From assembly GCA_027923505.1 (NCBI GenBank), contig BROI01000018.1, positions 620,001 through 684,000 of the forward strand: a stretch of DNA of 64,000 bases. The letters run 5' to 3'. Shown here in pieces: positions 59,272 to 64,000 of this stretch (positions are counted from its first letter, which is position 1; each line of letters opens with the position of its first letter). The stretch is from Mayamaea pseudoterrestris (taxonomy: Eukaryota). The translations under genes were made by a program, and so were the position numbers. Under the pieces are notes generated by a model. That model ran no database searches. It had not been told where the DNA came from and saw only the letters and a list, made by a program, of their open reading frames with translations.

Positions 59272-60738
59272 GGTAGCGAGTCAAGATTTGCGATCCAACG
59301 AGTGATTGACGGTGCTTGGATCTTGCGAGAAAAGCGTTCCATGCGTGACGCGCTGTCGCAGCAAGACTAAACCCATTGAAGCGGCATTGAAAAGCGTGAC
59401 AAGAAAGATCATGATGAATCGACGTCCTTGCAGTGCTGCCTTTCATGGCTTATTGCTCATCGACATTGTTCAAAGAATCTCGGCACTCATGTAGTCCATG
59501 GCAATTGGAAAAAGTCACCGTTATGCTTCCGCTGTCAAGAAAAAGGCGTTCAACCAATTGCGCTGTCCGACGCACTTCGACATTTGTATAAAGCTGTACC
59601 AAGCAAGGACAAAGGACAGAAGCAGCGACTGCAACCATTCATCCTTGATATACTTGGTACATGATGCTGATATTGGAGTTGCGATTGAGTCGCTCTCCAC
59701 GTTGCAGCGGATTAAGGTAACCCCGAATGACGAATGGAATGGAACGAGCTTCAACAAGCTTGGCGAAGCGGTGAAATTAGCAAGCTCGTTGGTGGAGTCA
59801 GCAAGCATGATTCATCGAAAGAGAGTCGTAATTCGAAGTTTAACTCTTCCGGAGTTGTTTGTGAATGTTGCGAAATTGCACCAGTGCGTGCCTATTAGTG
59901 TTCTGTGGCAGCGTCTACTCAATACTCGCGCTGACTCCACTCACTCTTTCACTCGCTGGCTCGCACCTCCCACTCGCACCAGGATGATGTATACTCACAC
60001 GCACTGATTATTCTTCCTACACGGAGTCGAAGCGATGGATCAATGATGGCAGTATGATTGATATGTTGCATTAATATCATGGTCCTCACGTTTGCCACTG
60101 ACCGATGCACTGTCGAAGTGGTGTCGACCACCGTCACCACCATTGCATGCTCCTCCACGCGACCGGTCGATCGAAATTAGGATGGTTGTAATGGAGAAAA
60201 TGCCATGATATCTATTATGTACCAGTTCGCAAAGTGGCTTTGCTGCCGGATTGTATCACGAGTGGACTGCCATGGAAGGTCTTGCAACGCTCACGACCTT
60301 CGTTTCATCTGCGCTTTCTACTGTACAAGTACTACGAAATGGAGCGTAGAGCTAATACGCAACAGAATAAATGCACTGATAATCTTGAATGCATACTTAT
60401 AATAAATGTAGAGCAAGTAAGTTGAGCTGGAAATTTAAACGTTGGCGTTCGATGCAGAGCAGCTCCACCATCGCAAGTTCAACAATTCCACGTGAAAAGA
60501 ACATGGCTCATCGTGGACGCTCAACGTGAACAGACCCTCTTATGTTTCCGTCTCATTGTCATTGGCCGCCAAGCCAGCAGAGGCATTGCATGCGGCAAAC
60601 AGGGAATCACTCGCTTCTTTTGCGGCGGCGGCCGTGTTCTCGACGGTTTCTCTGGCAGCCAAGTAAACTTCGGAATCAGGGCGAATACTAAATCGTCTAT
60701 TAGTTGCATCATCCATCCGTTAATTAAAACGACGACTC

Positions 60739-62393
60739 CTAGCGGCACCCGCAGCAACCATGGCTGCAATGTGAGCATTGGCGGCGACAACAATTTTCGC
60801 GCGAGGCGAGGCTGACGCCCTGCGCCTTCGCAAGACCATTGTCAACGGCTGGTGCCGCCAAACGTGCCCGTGATAGATGAAGCAGCAAACCAAACTCGTT
60901 ACGTTGCAACGTCGTAAACAGATTTGACAGATCAATCCACGCCAACGCTTCAATCAGCAGCCGCATGACAAAAGCTGATCCAGTCTCATTCGGTAATGGT
61001 CGTTGAAGGCGCGCCCGAATCAAGAGACGCCCATGGTTTGCCATGGCAATATGTGAAACTGACATTGATTCAAAAATATTTCCACGAAGACGAAGGTCGT
61101 CTAAGCGAATATCCACCAAGTTCGAACCCATCGCACCAAATGCATCCAACAACAATTGGGAACCGAAGAGAGGCAATTGTCCATCCATGTCTTCCGGGAC
61201 GTACAGCGTCAAACCTCGCAAATTGCGAAGCGGCACAGGCGCCAGCAAATAGGCCGCCAGTTCTGCGTCGAGTGTGTCATTCCAGGTCGATACATCCAAA
61301 TACAACTCCCGTACATTCCATTGGCGCGCTTGGCGAAGTAGAAATTGTATTGTTGCTATCTTATCCCCGCGACTTTGTCTGTCGTTTTTGCGGCAAACTG
61401 GGCCGACACCAAGCTTGCGTATGAGCATCCCACCTGCAAGGCGCTCTTGAAAGCAATCAACAAAATTTCCGCCAGTAACATCCCATTTGTAACGAAATGT
61501 GACTTCTTGTATGTTCACTGGAACTCCTTCCGCCGCGTTCGTCTTTTGTATGAAGAAACAGTCAAGGTCGATGCTCTCGATTCGCGACAACAAAATGTCA
61601 TGGGCAAAACTATTAAGAACAGTCGGTTCAAAAGGCGTCGTCAATTCCGATATCGTCTGGCTTTGAAGTAGCTGTACAATGGCGAGTATACCGTCTTGAG
61701 CCGAGATGGCGGGCCAACCGTCAGAATGTAGAAAACCAAATGTAACTTTCTCGATACTCGGCAGCGTTGCGAGCGCCGAGCTAACGGCTCGAACAAATCC
61801 ATTCGGTACGTCAAAACAACGAAAGTGTCGCAGCAGCCTACTACGACCAATAAGCTGTCCCAAATACTGAAAGGCGTCGTTTTCCGCATCGTCATCCAGA
61901 GACCACCCTGCAATTGGAAAATGTAGTGTCATCAACCGCATTCGTTCGCACGCCAAGCTTGCCATAATGCAGATATATGGAAGTGAGATAGGCGTTATGT
62001 TCCCCATGAATAGTCTGTTGATTCGTTGCCATGCCAAGCTCTCAAGCAAGTCTCGAATATCCGTAGCGCAAGCGTGCAAATCGGGCACAGGAATGATGGA
62101 GCGGGTGATTAAATTTAGCTCATCTTCGGGGAAGCCAAATACATCATGCTGTCATCAAAACTACCATGAGCAATAGAAGCAGCAATTATCTCGCGACGAA
62201 TCTCGGGAAAGAGAGCAAGCGCCAGAAACGTCGTTCCGCGAAGTCCTAAATTTACGTTGCTGCGACGTCGCAAGTTTTCCCTCAATCTAGCTCGGCAATC
62301 AGTGAGCAGTCGTTGTACTGCCGGAGTCGGACGATGAAAAAAATTATCTTCGATTTGAGGAGGATTCATGTCTTCCAATTTATACTGCGTCAC
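60739..62393 (-). pseudogene. Lineage-specific LRR/RNI-like family member with an apparent frameshift near 62150
   Basis: ORF 62393-62115 overlaps a second frame (HDVFGFPEDELNLITRSIIPVPDLH...) that runs to 60739. Only a 16-nt GT..AG lies between them. The protein shows an LxxLxL-like periodicity. Confidence 0.5.
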
Positions 62394-63670
62394 GTTGATT
62401 GGAAATACAAATATTAATGCATAATCGTAGACGGAATGAGGGTGAAGGATGTTGCGAGCCTTTTATTCAGTCTTCCCCATCGTCCATGGCGGATTGTGCG
62501 AGAGCGTGGAGCTGCGGCAGCGCACGGACGACATCAACTTTTCATAACCGCTACGACTTTAACCGGCCCTCGTTCGACGGCACTCATTCATTTTTTACAT
62601 TCCGGCCATGCCTGCCATGTTGAATCTACCGGCAGCAGTACCTTGGCTTTAAAGTAGCAACACCACATCTGCAGTCAAGTAGTTGTATATGGTGATGCAT
62701 GGGGAGCCCTATGGTCGCGTGTAAAATGCCGTCATGGAGCACAAGATCAAGTCATCATCCATTCCCATTTCCCATTTCCCATCGACAGTCGTCATGTCGT
62801 CATCATTAAAGTGAAGTATATACTATGATTAAAGCAAAACATGACGCGACACGATCCACAATTTATGCATATAATGGTTTAGGTATCGATTGCTGATGAC
62901 TCTTCACAAAGCCGACAGCAGTGGCGTTGCAGCGCAAATTATAGCGGCATATCGGCACGTGTATCATCGACCATCAATCACCAATCGCCATGTCATGCCT
63001 ACCACCATGCGTCATTCATCATCACTATAAAGGGTTAAACCATTACACTGTTGTCTGTGAATGGAAGCAGATACGTTCGCGTCGGATTGACTTCTGACAG
63101 CATGTTTTTCGCGCTGCCTTTGAGCCGAATAGTTACTCGCACGCCTTTCCTATGGGCATGTTGCAATGAGCCTCTGGCGTCGACGGACCTTTCAATACGA
63201 AGGATCCTCTAATTGATTGGTCATCGGAACAAGTCGGCGTAAACATTTTTTGCTGGGATGGACCCATGGGATATGCTGCGTGCCGCGACAGTAATTTTTT
63301 GGTTAGTCCGTTGGCGCATGACGCTCGCCATTGGTCGAATTGAACGACTTCGCCACACCAAAACTACCAGTTTATGGCGAAAGCCTTTAATGCATGTACA
63401 TTTGATGCACGGCGTTCGAGAAAGAAGCGCTCCACCGGTAGTTGTTGCTCGTGCGATACTGCTGGCGGCGCTCTGCGTTTCATTGTCGCCAAGGCGAATG
63501 GCAATTTACATCATTTGGCTTGATTAATAAGATACGAATATACACGAAACATTAATAATATGAACTAACTGTACCAGGTTTCAGCTATAACCACTTTCTC
63601 ACACTTGCGTACATGGTGATGAGAGGACAGCACAGCAACGCCCTATGTAGAAAGGCGCAGACCACATCGA

Positions 63671-64000
63671 CTATACTTCAACCATCACGACTCTTCGTTC
63701 CCTTCTTCCGAGGTTACTTGCGAAAGAAAGATGGCCGACAGCCTCAATCATTGTTCTGCAGCAACACGAAAGGACCGTTCCATCAATCGACGGCGCCGCA
63801 AGACAAGCCGCAACAAGCGAAATGAACCTTGCTCTCCAAACGGCGGCGGAGGAAACACAGCAACGTGCGCAACCTGTTCGCGCCACTCCGGATCAAACAT
63901 GCCAGCATTTTGAAACATAACGACGTTGTGGTGTACTGTACAGTCAATCAAGTCAATCTCGGCTAAGGACGATTCAGTCGCACCAAAGGCCTGCAAAAGG
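63671..64000 (-). pseudogene. 3' end of a paralog of the 60739-62393 gene, truncated by the window edge and frameshifted
   Basis: LQAFGATESSLAEIDL matches LDAFGAMGSNLVDIRL. In another frame, LAAPSIDG and RTMIEAV match LAAPAVDNG and RLLIEAL. Confidence 0.45.

Noticed and set aside
62152..62167. 16-nt GT..AG micro-intron repairing the frameshift
   Set aside because: It is far shorter than every other intron in the window (72 nt or more), so an indel is more plausible.

Overview
This is gene-dense eukaryotic nuclear DNA, almost certainly from a diatom, with short GT-AG introns, ASAFAP-type bipartite plastid presequences and an Lhcr-type antenna gene. About 25 intact genes can be modelled. They include a plastid thioredoxin, CREG, MsrB-like, METTL2/6-like m3C methyltransferase, class II eIF4E, malonyl-CoA decarboxylase, RING-H2 ligase, CDC123, carnitine carrier, PERK-like eIF2-alpha kinase, DGDG synthase, N-acetylglutamate synthase, FG-GAP protein, CCR4/nocturnin-like phosphatase, ATR, Lhcr and 3-hydroxyacyl-CoA dehydrogenase. 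Degraded paralogous ORFs lie at the right end. Four observations stand out. (1) An ASDURF-like beta-prefoldin micro-ORF sits 112 nt upstream of CDC123 with a weak start context and no AUG in any frame for 343 nt, which suggests a bicistronic leaky-scanning mRNA. (2) A dispersed 42-bp tandem-repeat family forms three arrays, one a ~235-bp palindrome, and a related 52-bp array is also present, all in upstream intergenic regions. (3) A PERK-architecture kinase carries a C-terminal ACT-like domain. (4) NAGS has two in-frame starts that predict mitochondrial versus plastid targeting. All homology calls come from motif recognition by eye, and no database searches were run.
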